From assembly GCA_951406725.2 (NCBI GenBank), contig OX597838.1, positions 27,218,001 to 27,282,000 on the forward strand: a DNA stretch of 64,000 nt. The letters run 5' to 3'. A program made the translations under genes and the position numbers. Shown here piece after piece: positions 51,302-64,000 of the stretch; the first letter of the stretch is position 1; each line of letters opens with the position of its first letter. The notes under the pieces are model-generated. The model was not told the DNA's origin. It ran no database searches and was given only the letters and a program-made list of their open reading frames with translations. Source of the stretch: Octopus vulgaris. Taxonomy: Eukaryota.

Positions 51302-52323
51302 TCAAAAACGGTTTTTAATCAGATTTATTCTTCCCTCTCCGTCCTCCTCCTCTTTAAATACCAGCATATAATTGATCCAGTTGCCAGCTAGAAAATTCAA
51401 TATTTTCTTTCTTACTCGTCTTTCTCTCTTTCTCTACATTTGATACAAAGTAAAAAGGTTCATTTTAAACATCTTCTGCCATTTCTGTGTATATATCAGT
51501 GTGTGGGTATGTGTGCACACACAAGAGATATATATATACATACACACACACATTCTTATACATATATAAGCATATGAACATATATTATTGACATACCTTA
51601 TGTATACACGATACATGTAGGCATATATATATACATATATATATATATATATGTATGTATATATGTATGTATGTATGTATGTATATACGTGTTCGCATAT
51701 ACATATGTATATATATGTGTGTGCATGTATGTATACACATATATAAAAGAGAAAAAGTGTGTATACATATGTGTGTATACATATGTATATATGTGTATAC
51801 ATACACGCACACACAAACATACACATATATATATATATATGTATGCGCACTTTTTCTCTTTTTACTTCATGATTCTATGAATCTCTCCCATAACCGAGAG
51901 ATAGATCCACTTATTGGTTTTGCTCAACAAATAATCTTTTTTTTTCTTCCTCTTCCCCATTCCTCTTAAAGTGGCTCAGATTGAAATATGTCACTTCATT
52001 TAATTATTTATATTCGTTTAAATATCTGTTGCTTTTAACTTAATTAATTGTTTAGATTCACTTACTAATTAAAACCATTGAGAACAAACAACTTCTGAAC
52101 GGTTAAAAAAAATAATATCACACTGGATTTTTTTTGTTTATTTTCTTTTTTGTAAATTGTCTTTTTTTTATATATCTCTAATAATGATGATGATAATAAT
52201 AATAATAATAATAATAATATAAAGTGACATAAGAAAAAAGATTGCTTTGCAACCGTGTGAGTTAGGGTTCAGTTCTGCATAGCAACTTGGGCAAATGTGT
52301 TATACTATAATTCCAGGCTGAAA

Positions 52324-52553
52324 GGCGGCAAACTGGCAGAAACGTTAGCACGCTGGGCGAAATGCGTAGCCGCATTTCGTCTGCCGCTACGTTCTGGGTT
52401 CAAATTCTGCCGAGGTCGACTTTGCCTTTCATCCTTTCGGGGTCGATAAATTAAGTACCAGTTACGCACTGGGGTCGATGTAATCGACTTAATCTGTTTG
52501 TCTGTCCTTGTTTGTCCCCTCTGTGTTTAGCCCCTTGTGGGTAGTAAAGAAAT
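52324..52553 (+). mobile_element. SINE family A with TSD, nested in an older family B copy (~52225-52845)
   Basis: 16-bp TSD TATAATTCCAGGCTGA on both sides; B sequence continues on both flanks. Confidence 0.92.
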
Positions 52554-53865
52554 ATATAATTCCAGGCTGATCAAACATTGTGTAAGTGAATTTGGTAGAT
52601 GAAAACTGTGGAAGTCAATCATATGTGTGTGTTTGTGTCTTGTTTGCTCTGCTTCCATCATTTGTCAACTGGTGTTGGTTTGTTTCCGTCCTTGTAACTT
52701 AGCAGTTTAGCAGTGGTGGCCAATAGGATAAATACCGAACTTTAAAGAATAGGTATTTGGAGGCAATTTGTTCAACTAAAAACATTTCAAGGTGGTGCTC
52801 CAGCATGGTGTAGTCCAATGACTGAAACAAGTTAAAGATAAAGATATCTAGCCCTAATCATAAATGTAAAACAACAGAGAAACCTCCTATAAAATGCAGC
52901 AAAAGACCATTAGAAGAATCTGTAGTGAAAATCCCCTATAAACTGTAGCAAATGAACGTCACAAAAATAGGGTCTTCATCTCCATCTTTACATATTCTCA
53001 CAGCAGTCAGTCGTTAAAGAATATTATTTTCTATCTTTTTTGAAGTTTGTCTTTATAGATTTCGGTGCAAGTAATGCAAGTATGGTTATGTGTTTATTGA
53101 TTGCTGGTTTATCGAGGAATTTCTTTAGCATGATATCTGATTGTCTTGGAATATCAAGAATCTCGCGGAAGGCAATTGACTTTCATTTGTTCAAGTCTTC
53201 ACACACCGTTCCAGGCCTGTCAACAGATAATCATAATACAGCATTTGATATTTTGATCTGCATTTAAGAGGACATGAAACTGCAAGAAGACAAATTTACC
53301 ATTAAATTGTCTTTTAGTGAGGGAAAGGAATTTGGTACAGAAAAAAAAAAATGGTACAAAAAAAGAAGAAAGAAAAGAAAAAGAATACCAAGTTAAATTT
53401 ATTACTTTTTACTTATTTATTTATTTAGCTTTCTAAAACATTTCTCGTTGCAGAAGAATTTTTATAAATCTTCCCTCTCATCTGAACTTTTGATGTTCAC
53501 ATTTTATTATCCAGAACTCTTAGAAGTAACATTCCTCCATATATATTTATACATTGCAACTGGGATTCTTTGCTGTATTATAGTTCTATTGATTTGGCAG
53601 TTTATTTTTAATTTACTGACTTCCTTCCCAAATAGACATGAAATAGTTATTACTAAGATGTCTATAATAGTATCGTTATTATTTAACCCCAACTAAATCT
53701 TCCCCCGATCAAACAGACCTATGATTTTTAACCTTTATGCTACTATATTTCTATTAAAATACTCCACTTATGTTTCAGTTAAGTTTGAAAATGAAGAATT
53801 TATCAAAATAATTTTACTCTCATTTGTTCTTAACTCCCTAGTAATCAAATTACTCTGTCAAATAA

Positions 53866-54263
53866 GGCGGCGAGCTGGCAGAATCGTTAGCACGCTGGGC
53901 GAAATGCTCAGCGGTATTTCGTCTGCTGCTACGTTCTGAGTTCAAATTCCGCCAAGGTCGACTTTGCCTTTCATCCTTTCGGGGTCGATTAAATAAGTAC
54001 CAGTTATGCACTGAGGTCGATATAATCGACTTAATCCGTTTGTCTGTCCTTGTTTGTCCCTTCTGTGTTTAACCCCTTGTGAGTAGTAAAGAAATAGGTA
54101 TTTTGTCTGTCTTTACATTCAGAGTTCCAATTCCATCGAGGTTGACTTTTCCCTTAATTTTTTGGGGGTTGATGAATTAAGTACTAGTTGCGTACTGGGG
54201 TTGATCTAATCGACTGGCCCTCTTTCCCCCAAAATTTCTGCCCTTGTGCCTAGAGTAGAAAAA
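53866..54263 (+). mobile_element. SINE family A dimer nested in a piggyBac-like MITE
   Basis: Full A copy followed by a second body from ~54098; flanking duplication CTGTCAAATA. Confidence 0.85.
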
Positions 54264-55656
54264 AAAAATTGCTGTCAAATATGATGCCTATTTGTTCAGA
54301 TTATTTTGAATTAATCATGCATTATCTCATGGCTTTGAGATTTTGATGAATTGATTATTATTTTTAGAATTACATTGTAGGTTAGGTGTGAGAGGCTGGA
54401 TCTGGTCAGTTTGAACATGAAACAGTTTAGAATACTTGGACTGGGTATGACTGGTTTAGATGCTTAAGTTTAACCCTTTTGATACCAACCTGCCTGAAAC
54501 TGTTTCTAGCTCTTATTTTCAAAAGTTCTGAATTAAAATCTTCCACCAAACCTTAGTCACTATTTATGTTCCTAATACTGGCTTAATGATAACTAGGTTA
54601 TTTTACTAAATTCTTTGCTATATCTAAAATTAATTCAAAGAAACAGAGCATCTCAACAGAAATATGGTAACAAAAAGGTCAAGTTGCTATTGAGAAGATA
54701 AATTGATATGAAATTTTTGGGGTGAGGGTTTTTGAAAATTTAGATGCCTTTAAAATAGGAAGTTTGTTAATGAGGTTAGTCTTTGGTAGGTATCATAAGG
54801 GTTAAACTCTTCTGTTACCATATTTCAGTGGAGATATACCTTGTTTCAATTAATTTTGAAAATAATAAAGAATTTATCAAAGTAACTTTGCTCTTATTAA
54901 GCTGCTGTTTGGAACATTAATTAACACAATTTTGATGTAAGGTTTTAATTTAGAGCCCTTTAAAGCAGGGAATCTGTAGGAAAGAGCTAGGGCAGTCTCA
55001 GGTGAGTTGGTATCAAAATGGTTAAAGCTGTTCTAACTCTCTTTCTCTGTCTTTTCTTCTGATATAATGTATCTAAGATTAATTTTTCCAATGTGTACAG
55101 CACTTCCTTTTCTCTTTTTAAGACAGTAAGTTGTGATCTTGAAGGTGATTTGACTCTTATATTTAGCACGTTGAATGACTGTGTTGAGACTCTCTCTTGC
55201 TGTCCCCCCACATCTTTGGGATTCTGGTGTTGAATTTTTACTGTTGAGTATATTTACTATTGGAATCATTATAAACAAATGCTTCTTTGATGATATATCT
55301 GGACATTGAATTTCAGTGTTTGTTATTTTCGGCCCTTGTGACCAAAAAAAAAAAAAAAAGAATTGTTATTACTAGGATGACTAGCTGGTTGAATCGTTAA
55401 CACTTTGGACCAAATACTTATCAGTATTTCATCCAGCTCTTTAGATTTCAAGCTCAAATTCTGACAAGGTTGACATTGCTTTTCGTCCTTATGGGAGGAT
55501 CGATAAAATAAATACCAACAGCGGACTGGGGTTGATGTAATTGACTACCCACCCCCAAGTTGCTGGCATTCACATACACATTATACACGGGTGCGCATGC
55601 ACACGCACACATTACACCCTAACCCTAACTCACACACACACACACATTACACACAA

Positions 55657-55692
<36 letters not shown>

Positions 55693-56853
55693 ATGCATGC
55701 ATATATTATTTTGGCATGGTAATTTAATTTTTTTGGAAGATGGAAATAAAACTTTTGGAGGCTGTAAGATTGAGTTTTTTAGAGCATCCTTATTACATGC
55801 ACTGTTAGACATTTAAAAAACCTAATCTTTCCTAATCTCTTCAAAATACTATTTATGCTTTTAATGGATTTTAAATTGAATTTTTTTCCAAATAAATTTC
55901 AAACAAATTTTTGTTTACTGCCTCAATGGTTTAGATATTGGCTATTGATTTTAAAAAATAAGCTGTTGTATAGATTCGTGTTGAGTATGATAAGGAGTCA
56001 GTCGACTTGAATGTTTAGGATTATAAAGAGATTTTAAACAACAGTGTCTTTAGCAGTTTATATCTTTAAATACATCTTCAAAACGGAACCATAATTCCGC
56101 AGCTTTTGGTATTTTGTTGGAAACATTTTAGCTTTCGACTTTATTTAGTAAAATGTACCAGATAACAAAAATGAAACATTCTTTAATTAAAACTGATTTA
56201 CGATAATGTCTGTGTTTTTATCATCACTGTCATACATCCATTTTCCATGCTGGCATGGGTTGGACAGGTCTTTATAGTCCGTCAATCATAATTGAGGATT
56301 ATGATGTACGTAGTCATTGAACCTGTTAGTAAAAGCAGCCCAGTCTTGTTAATCTAACACCTGGTTGCCTCATGAGGAAAAAAAGAAAGGGACTTTTTGT
56401 AGTTCTATATACATAAAAGCCTTGTTGAACTGGGTTGACAGAGACTGTACTGAAGCCTTCCGAATGCTCTGTTCCTATTCTTGAGTGGTAGACTAGTCCA
56501 GTGATTCTTAAAATGTTTGGGGTTCTGTGAGGTAAGGTGTCTTTTTCCTTTTCTTTTGTTATAAATACATATACATACTTATACATACATAAACATAAAT
56601 ATACATAAATACATATACCTACACTTAAATGTATATGCATACAAAAGAATCATTATTATTATTATTATTATTATTATTAGATGCATTATATAAACAGAGG
56701 TATGAGAAAGTTATAAGAGGAGTTATATTGTAATTTATGTAAGAATGAATCTATATACATGAGGAACATACATATATATATACACAAATACACACACACA
56801 TACATATATATTTCCGCACAAACATACTCATAGTTACATACGTATTAGATGTG

Positions 56854-56943
<90 letters not shown>

Positions 56944-58705
56944 AAGCACAATGTATGACTATGAGGGGAAAGAAAGATAATTTTTCACAAGAATGAATCA
57001 TCAACTTGATGGACATTCTATATGCTTGTTCTGTGACTGTTCCTAAACTATTTGGAATTGGTTTGGATTTAAGCACAGCAGAGTTGGCACATTCGGAAGA
57101 AAACCACACCAAGAGTATTTTTCGTATTGGTTATCTATCGTAAGAGCAACAGAAATATGTTCTGGAGATAACTTAGTGGAGCATGTGTCAGGATATATCT
57201 TAGAAAAACATCAGCTTGATTTCGGAAGATTGCTTGGATGATTGCAAGATGTGATGGGGAGGACAGTGGTGGTGGTGATGTGATCTTCAGAATTTGTTGA
57301 AGATTTTCTATGGCTGGATACCCTTCCTGTTGCCAACTCTCACCTATTTCCAAGTGACATTTCCCATAGCCACACATTTTTCATGAAAGGTAGGGAATGA
57401 ACAACATCACTTGTATGACAGTATGTGTGTGTCTACACAATGGTCTTTCAGTTTCCATCTTCTAAATTTGCTCTCAAGGCTTTGGTCGGCCTGGGGCTAC
57501 AGTAGAAGACATTTGACCAAGGTGCCACACAGTGGGACTGAACCTGAAACCATGAGATTGCAAAGCAAACTTAACCACGCAGCCAGGTCTGTGCTTGTGG
57601 AAGGAAGCATTACAATTAGTGGAGCTTATTCCCAATTCTCAAGACCTTACGTCAGTTGAGAGACATCTCTTTCACTCCTTTTCTTTATGTCTAGACAAAG
57701 TTGCAACTTATTTTTTTTTGCCTATGGGAACATTTCGGGACAGCCTTAGAAGCAAAAGAACACTTGTCTGTGAGTGCTGTCACAATTTACACTGACAGAG
57801 TTTGTCTTGTGGTACCTTGAACCATTCAGAGTTAAGTATCACATGAGGGCATGGTCTAGTTTTTTTTTCTTTTTTCTTTTGTATGCTGGTGGGAAAAATG
57901 ATTTTCTTTATGACCTTTTTTCTTTCTTATTTTTTGTTTTTGCAAAAGTCATTAAAAGTTCCCAGTTGTCTTGAAAGCAGACATGAATTTTTCATGATCT
58001 TTGAGAAAATTTACCAGTTTTAAAGTTGATGGCATCTGTTTGATAAACCTTGTTGATATTGGAGAGATTTAAAAATGAAAATGCTTTTACTTATGTGCAT
58101 GTATGTGTGTAAATTATTTTAATTATCATAATGGTGAACTGAAGTAAGCAAAAGTAAATAATAGTGTCTTACAGCTGTTTCTGGGATATCCCAGATAATG
58201 GATCAATGTGTTGATCCCCATTTCCATACACTGGGTATTCCGTCATCAGAGACAAGATGTATATGCAGGAAGAAAATTTGATGTAGAGAAAAGCATGAAG
58301 ATCAAGGCTCATAGTTCATCCTGTTCCTGAGGGTTTGGTGGTTTATTCATATTTCTGTGAAGGTGTACTTCCTTACATATAATCCCAGGCAAGTCCATAG
58401 TTCACAAAGCGGATTGAGAAATGCATACATTTGAAAAAGCGGGAGATAGCAGTTTAATGCTCATGCTGATTATAGGAGAAAAGTTCAGAGATCAGGAGGA
58501 GTTTACAATTTGTGAGCAAGACAGCTAGATAGATCAAGGCATCATAATAGATAGGCAGATCTGAGTGAAATGGAGTTTACTGAAGCAAATTTTCTATCGT
58601 TGGATGTCCTTCCTGTCACCAACCTTCACCTATGTCCCGGCAAGTTAACATTTTCTCTACAGATATATAGTTATGTAAATATAGAAAAATATAGATAAAC
58701 AGATA

Positions 58706-58751
<46 letters not shown>

Positions 58752-58752
<1 letters not shown>

Positions 58753-58973
58753 ATTTCTTTACTACCCACAAGGGGCTAAACATAGAGGGGACAAACAAGG
58801 ACAGACATAGGTATTAAGTTGATTACATCGGCCCCAGTGCGTAACTGGTACTTAATTTATCGACCCCGAAAGGATGAAAGGCAAAGTCAACCTCGGCGGA
58901 ATTTGAACTCACAACGTAGCGACAGACGAAATACCGCTAAGCATTTCATCCGGCGTGCTAACGTTTCTGCCAC
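58752..58973 (-). mobile_element. SINE family A
   Basis: Reverse complement of family A across its full length. Confidence 0.9.
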
Positions 58974-58989
58974 CAGTCCTGCTTCTTTC

Positions 58990-59276
58990 CCTTCAGTTCA
59001 AAAATTTGAGCAAAGTCGACTCCAACATTGGGACCAAGTTTGTGCAGGCATGAAGGCATGCTGGAAAAACAACTGCTCTCTCTAAATGAAAACCTTACCT
59101 GTCATTGTGGTTTCCCGGCATGGAATAAAGCAGGCCTGGCCACCCACTGAAGGAAACATGTAGTAAATGTTCCACACGCATTCAAACAAATTGAGTCCTC
59201 AACTTGTTCCATTTGCCAAAAAGTTTGCAAGGCACCAGCCAGCCTCAAGAGACACACGCATGTCCATAGAACATGA
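58990..59276 (+). pseudogene. Decayed ORF end with two C2H2-type zinc fingers, likely an RTE LINE C-terminus
   Basis: From 59088: ENLTCHCGFPAWNKAGLATH*RKH...STCSICQKVCKAPASLKRHTHVHRT*; an upstream frame reads VQKFEQSRLQH; contains an internal TGA and a frameshift. Confidence 0.7.
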
Positions 59277-59385
59277 TTACCACTTTGTTTTAATGAATTT
59301 TCATTTGTTGTTTACAACAGAATCTATCATCATCATCATCTATCTATGTATCTATCTATCTATATATATATATATATATATATAT

Positions 59386-59803
59386 TCTTTTACTCTTTTA
59401 CTTGTTTCAGTCATTTGACTGTGGCCATGCTGGAGCACCACCTTTTTTTTAGTCGAGTAAATCAACCCCAGGACTTATTCTTTGTAAGCCTAGTACTTAT
59501 TCTATCAGTCTCTTTTGCTGAACCGCTAAGTTACGGAGATGTAAACACACAGCACTGGTTGTCAAGCGATGTTGGGGGGACAAACACAGATACACAAACA
59601 TATACACATACACACACATATATATATATATACATATATACAACGGGCTTCTTTCAGTTTCCGTCTATCAAATCCACTCACAAGGCTTTGGTCGGCCCGA
59701 GGCTATAGTAGAAGACACTTGCCCAAGGTGCCACGCAGTGGGACTGAACCCGGAACCATGTGGTTCGTAAGCAAGCTACTTACCACACAGCCACTCCTAT
59801 GCC
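59386..59803 (-). mobile_element. SINE family B, intact
   Basis: Full reverse complement of family B including the A and B boxes. Confidence 0.92.
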
Positions 59804-61392
59804 TATATATATATCAGTCTTATTTTTTTTAAAGTTAAAAGTTTAATTTGCAACATTGATATTCACATGATCAATTAAAATTATTAAGCATTAGTGTTCG
59901 CAGTCCAGCACTCACAATTAACCATTTCTAGTAGAATTAGAAAATACATTTCTATAAGAATTCCTATGTGTTTTTTTAATTTTTTTTCTTCTATCTTTAA
60001 TCTGGATTATATTTTTATTTGTTTTTCTTTTCTAACTAAGATTATATTTATTTGAACTTTACTGGGATATTGAAATTTACAAATGAAACTAGTAAGATCA
60101 AAACAAAAATAACAAAAAAAAGAAAGAAAAAACTACAGAAGTCAAATGAAATTTAAATGTAAATAAAAATAGAAACAAAGCGTTTTTTTTGTTGTTGCTG
60201 TTATTGTTTTAGGTATAGAAGAATTAAAAATGATTTTATATAATTTAGTAATAATTTATATTAAAGTGTCAGTGGTGGTGGGGGGCTGGGTGCGGTGATG
60301 GAGAAGTAGAGATCAGATTTAATCAGTAAATAGTAAGTTATTCATTCCTTGATTCCAATTACCATTTTACTATTCTTTTGACATTTTAGCTTATGAATAA
60401 ATTTGTATTGTGCAAAACCTCTTGTGATTTTGACCTGCAGTAGCTCGTTAATGTCAAACCAGATTCATAACATTCTGATTAACTCAGTACATGGAAAAAA
60501 TTATTAATCAATTCTTTTGAAAGAAACTCCAGTGACAATTTTTTTTTTTTAATAATTATTTTAGATTTGCATAGACCTTCGCCTTAATTTGATATCATTA
60601 CTGTTACTACACCTCCTTTTTATCTTATTTTCTTCTGTATTTTTTTTTTTTTTTTTTTGCTTTCAATATTTCAAACACTGTGACAGATCTTCATTAAACT
60701 CTTGTACCTGTTTGAGTTGCTAGACTACTTCTAATCAATGCATATCGCATACATCAAAGATCCTGTTAATTGTAAGATTCAGAAGAATTTACTGGTGAAA
60801 TGCATTGACAGATATTTTCATTTCTTTTTGGTTTTCAAAATAATTTTAATACTAGAATGCTTCTATTTAAATAGAAAAGAATTTTTTTTTCATTTTAGAT
60901 TTTAATAGCTTAATTTTTTTTGTTTTTGTTTAAGTAATTTATTAAAGAGATAACTTTTATACAACCCCCCCCCCAAAAAAAAACTGTGTAACTGAAGAGT
61001 TTTAAAGAATAATTTTGGAGAAAGATTACTTCTAGTGCTGCTTATTCAGATGTGAATCAAATTGCTGCATGCACCATGAGTTGAAGAATATTTTCATGGT
61101 GAAGAATTTAGTTCTTGGAGGTCTAAGTAAAAATTTTTCAAGAAAGCTTAAACAAAAGGTTGATGAGTTTAGGTTCTTGAAAAAAAATTGGTAAAATTCA
61201 AGTAACAATGGAGATGTACTTGTTTAGCAGTGGATTTGATCTGATACCACATGTGTTAAAATTAAAACAATTACAGCACGGAAAGATCTATTTTAACCAT
61301 TCAAAAACACAAGAACTGCTAATTGTACTTTACCCTTTAGTATTCAAATTACTCAAATGCGATGCTTATTTACTCATGTAGTTTTGAATTAA

Positions 61393-61607
61393 CCCTTTAG
61401 CATTCAAACTGGCCATATCAGGCTGAAATATTCTGTTTACTTTATGTTCAAACTAGTATATCTGGCCTCTTGCGCCTACCCTACAATGTCATTCCTAAAG
61501 CAAAGAGTCACATCATTGAGACCTCAAAGCTACAAGACAATGATGCATGAGTAATTCAAAATAATGTAAATATGACATTTGATAAGAGTAATCTGAATGC
61601 TAAAGGG
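61393..61607. mobile_element. piggyBac-like MITE (second family)
   Basis: Perfect 14-bp TIR CCCTTTAGCATTCA / TGAATGCTAAAGGG; TTAA on both sides. Confidence 0.9.
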
Positions 61608-61611
61608 TTAA

Positions 61612-62037
61612 CCCTTTTGAAACCAACCTGCCTAAGACAACCCCTGGGTCTATGAAACAGCTGGCATTAAACTTCTTGATACCAACCTGCTGGTGACTAC
61701 CCTTTTCTTCATGAAACAAACTTCCTACTTTAAAGTGATCTAAATTAAAACAGTCCATTAAAATTTTATGCTAATTTATATTTGAAATATCAGTTTAATA
61801 AGGACAAGTTATTTTATTAAATTGCTCATCATTTTCAAAATGAATTGAAACAAAAGTGGTGGGTTTCTGCTGAAATATGGTAACAAATGTGTTAAAGTAA
61901 TCCAAATTAAAACCTTCCATTGAAATTTTCTGTTAATTTACGTTCCTAATTCCCACTTAATAACGACAGTTATTTTACTAACTTTTTCATTATTTTCAAA
62001 ATGAACTGAGACAAAGACAGAAATGGCAACGAAAGGG
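61612..62037. mobile_element. Composite piggyBac-like MITE block sharing its TTAA with the previous MITE
   Basis: Starts CCCTTTTGAAACCAACC directly after TTAA 61608-61611 and ends AACGAAAGGG|TTAA; internal segments are duplicated. Confidence 0.7.
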
Positions 62038-62598
62038 TTAAAGGTGGAATTCCTCTGATGTTATTTCTTCTTTATTTCAAAACAAAAGATAACTATTTGA
62101 GAAGCATTTAGAGAAGTAGAATTTTTAAGTTGTTATTGATTAGAGTTAGGGTAGTTAACGAGATAGTTACTTTTATTGTGGCAGACTATTATTGTCTGTT
62201 TCTTTTGGAACAAAAGTTAAGAATTCGTGTTTTCAGAATTATTTTCCTTCAGGTTTTCTGCTTTGAAAAATAATAGAGAAGATCATATGCAACCATTTTT
62301 TTCAGTAAACAGTTTAGAATTCAAGTGGAAATATGAATGGTTCTTAAGACAATTAGTTAATGAGTATCAGTGGTTCTAAGAATTCTGTTATTTGATTAAC
62401 CTCTGTTGGAAATGGAATTGGTGTTCGCACATACACACACACACACACACACAGCACATGTACATTGTAAATAAAATGATTTAAAAGAATTAATTTAAAT
62501 ATAATGAATATCAATTTAGTTTGATGAAGAAAATTAGAATTTGTTTGTGAGTTACACAAAGATGAAACTGGTTTAAGTAAAGAACATTGTTGTGAGTA

Positions 62599-62633
<35 letters not shown>

Positions 62634-63951
62634 GTGTGTGTGTATATATATTTATATATTCTTTTAGTCATTTGACTGTGGCCATACTGGAGCACCGCCT
62701 TTACTCGGGCAAATCAATCTCAGGACTTATTATTTGTAAGTCTAGTACTTATTCTATCGGGGTCTTTTGCTGAACCGCTAAGTTACAGGGACAAATGTAT
62801 TTTATCATGGCACTGGCCTTAAAAAAGGTTGTCATTTGTCCTAAACCAGACTGTTGAACCCTTTTGCCTCATATTATATGATACCTTGTCTTTTTTCTAC
62901 AAAATATTTAGTCCACAATTCATGTTTATCCTGATTTTTTATCATTTTACTCTACTACTCTGTAAGACTCTATTACTCTGTAAGCAGAAATGCAGAAGGT
63001 ATCAGGCCCTCTTCTCATTTGTTAACCACTATACAAAGTGTACTGGTTGCATTTTATTATGGTCCTAGCACTTGAGAGGTTGTTGTGTGTGTAAACAAGA
63101 CTGTTGGGTCCTCTTATCGCCATTCATTTGCCAACCACTGTACAGAGTGTACTGGGTGCAGTTTATTATGACACCAGCTTTAGTGACGTTATCTTCTACC
63201 CTTTAAGACATAGTTTCCACTACTCTTACCAGTGTGTCTGTTTATTCAAAGCAGCCTGATGAAATGGGCGAATAGCAGAGAAAGAGAGGGATAGATAGAT
63301 AGATAGATAGACTGAGAGAGAGCTAGAGAGAGAGAGGGAGAGAGAGAGAGAGTGTGTAATGGCAGAAGGAAGCTCAGGATGAGTAAGTGAAGAGAGCAAA
63401 AGTACGTTGGTTGAAAGTGATAGGGATAGTTCATTATTCATTATCACTACACATTCTGAGGTACCTTATCTTTTTTGCTGTTCATAAAATATTGATGTAG
63501 TTCACAATTTATGTTGACCCTGCTCTTTTATCATTTTAATCTACAATGATATAAGCAGACATGCAGCCTCTCTTTATACACTTATCTCGTATTATCCATT
63601 TATTTGTATATCGAAAGTAGTTCAGCTTAAAACTAGGATGTGAGATGCATCTTTTGTTGCTATTGATATGTGTGTGTGTGTATGTATGTGTGTGGGTGTT
63701 GCAGCAGCACATGCTTTATGTTGGTATGGGTTCCAAGTGGGGGTTCTGCAGGGTAACTAATAAGGAGTAGGTGTTTGCTGTTGGTGATATTTAAGAACTT
63801 CTTTCTTGATAATCTGTGTCAGCAGATTTTGTTTCTGTTTCTTTTTCTTTTACTTTTTGTAAGGTCTGCTGCTGTTTGAATTAAGAATTTTTTCTCTAGA
63901 GAGAAAATGGAAGAATTCATTTCCCTCCTATTATTATTATTATTATTATAA

Positions 63952-64000
63952 AGGTGGTGAGCTGGCAGAATCATTAGCATGCCAGGCAAAATGCTTAGCA
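63952..64000 (+). mobile_element. SINE family A head (truncated by the window end)
   Basis: GGTGGTGAGCTGGCAGAATCATTAGCATGCCAGGCAAAATGCTTAGCA. Confidence 0.85.

Overview
AT-rich, repeat-dominated eukaryotic DNA, intronic or intergenic. The SINE families and very dense (TA)n/(CA)n/(TATG)n/(AAT)n microsatellites suggest an octopod cephalopod (inferred from recognising the repeats, not from a search). No intact protein-coding gene is supported, and the long ORFs in the track are microsatellite or SINE artefacts. The window holds many copies of three tRNA-derived SINE families (here called A, B and D), RTE-type 3' tails (C), decayed RTE LINE coding fragments, and piggyBac-, hAT- and Tigger-like MITEs, often nested. 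The most notable signal is four type-I hammerhead ribozyme (HHR)-like motifs with palindromic stem III, in small Penelope-like or SINE inserts. One is canonical and intact (4876-4972), one sits inside a tRNA-headed SINE (27624-27669), and two carry compensatory swaps of the core 3-8 pair (U3-A8 at 32026-32062, G3-C8 at 49216-49266). Also notable are an 8 x ~206 bp tandem array of an (AAT)n-tailed element end (25214-26872) and a 128-bp, ~96% identical inverted repeat (28779-29091).
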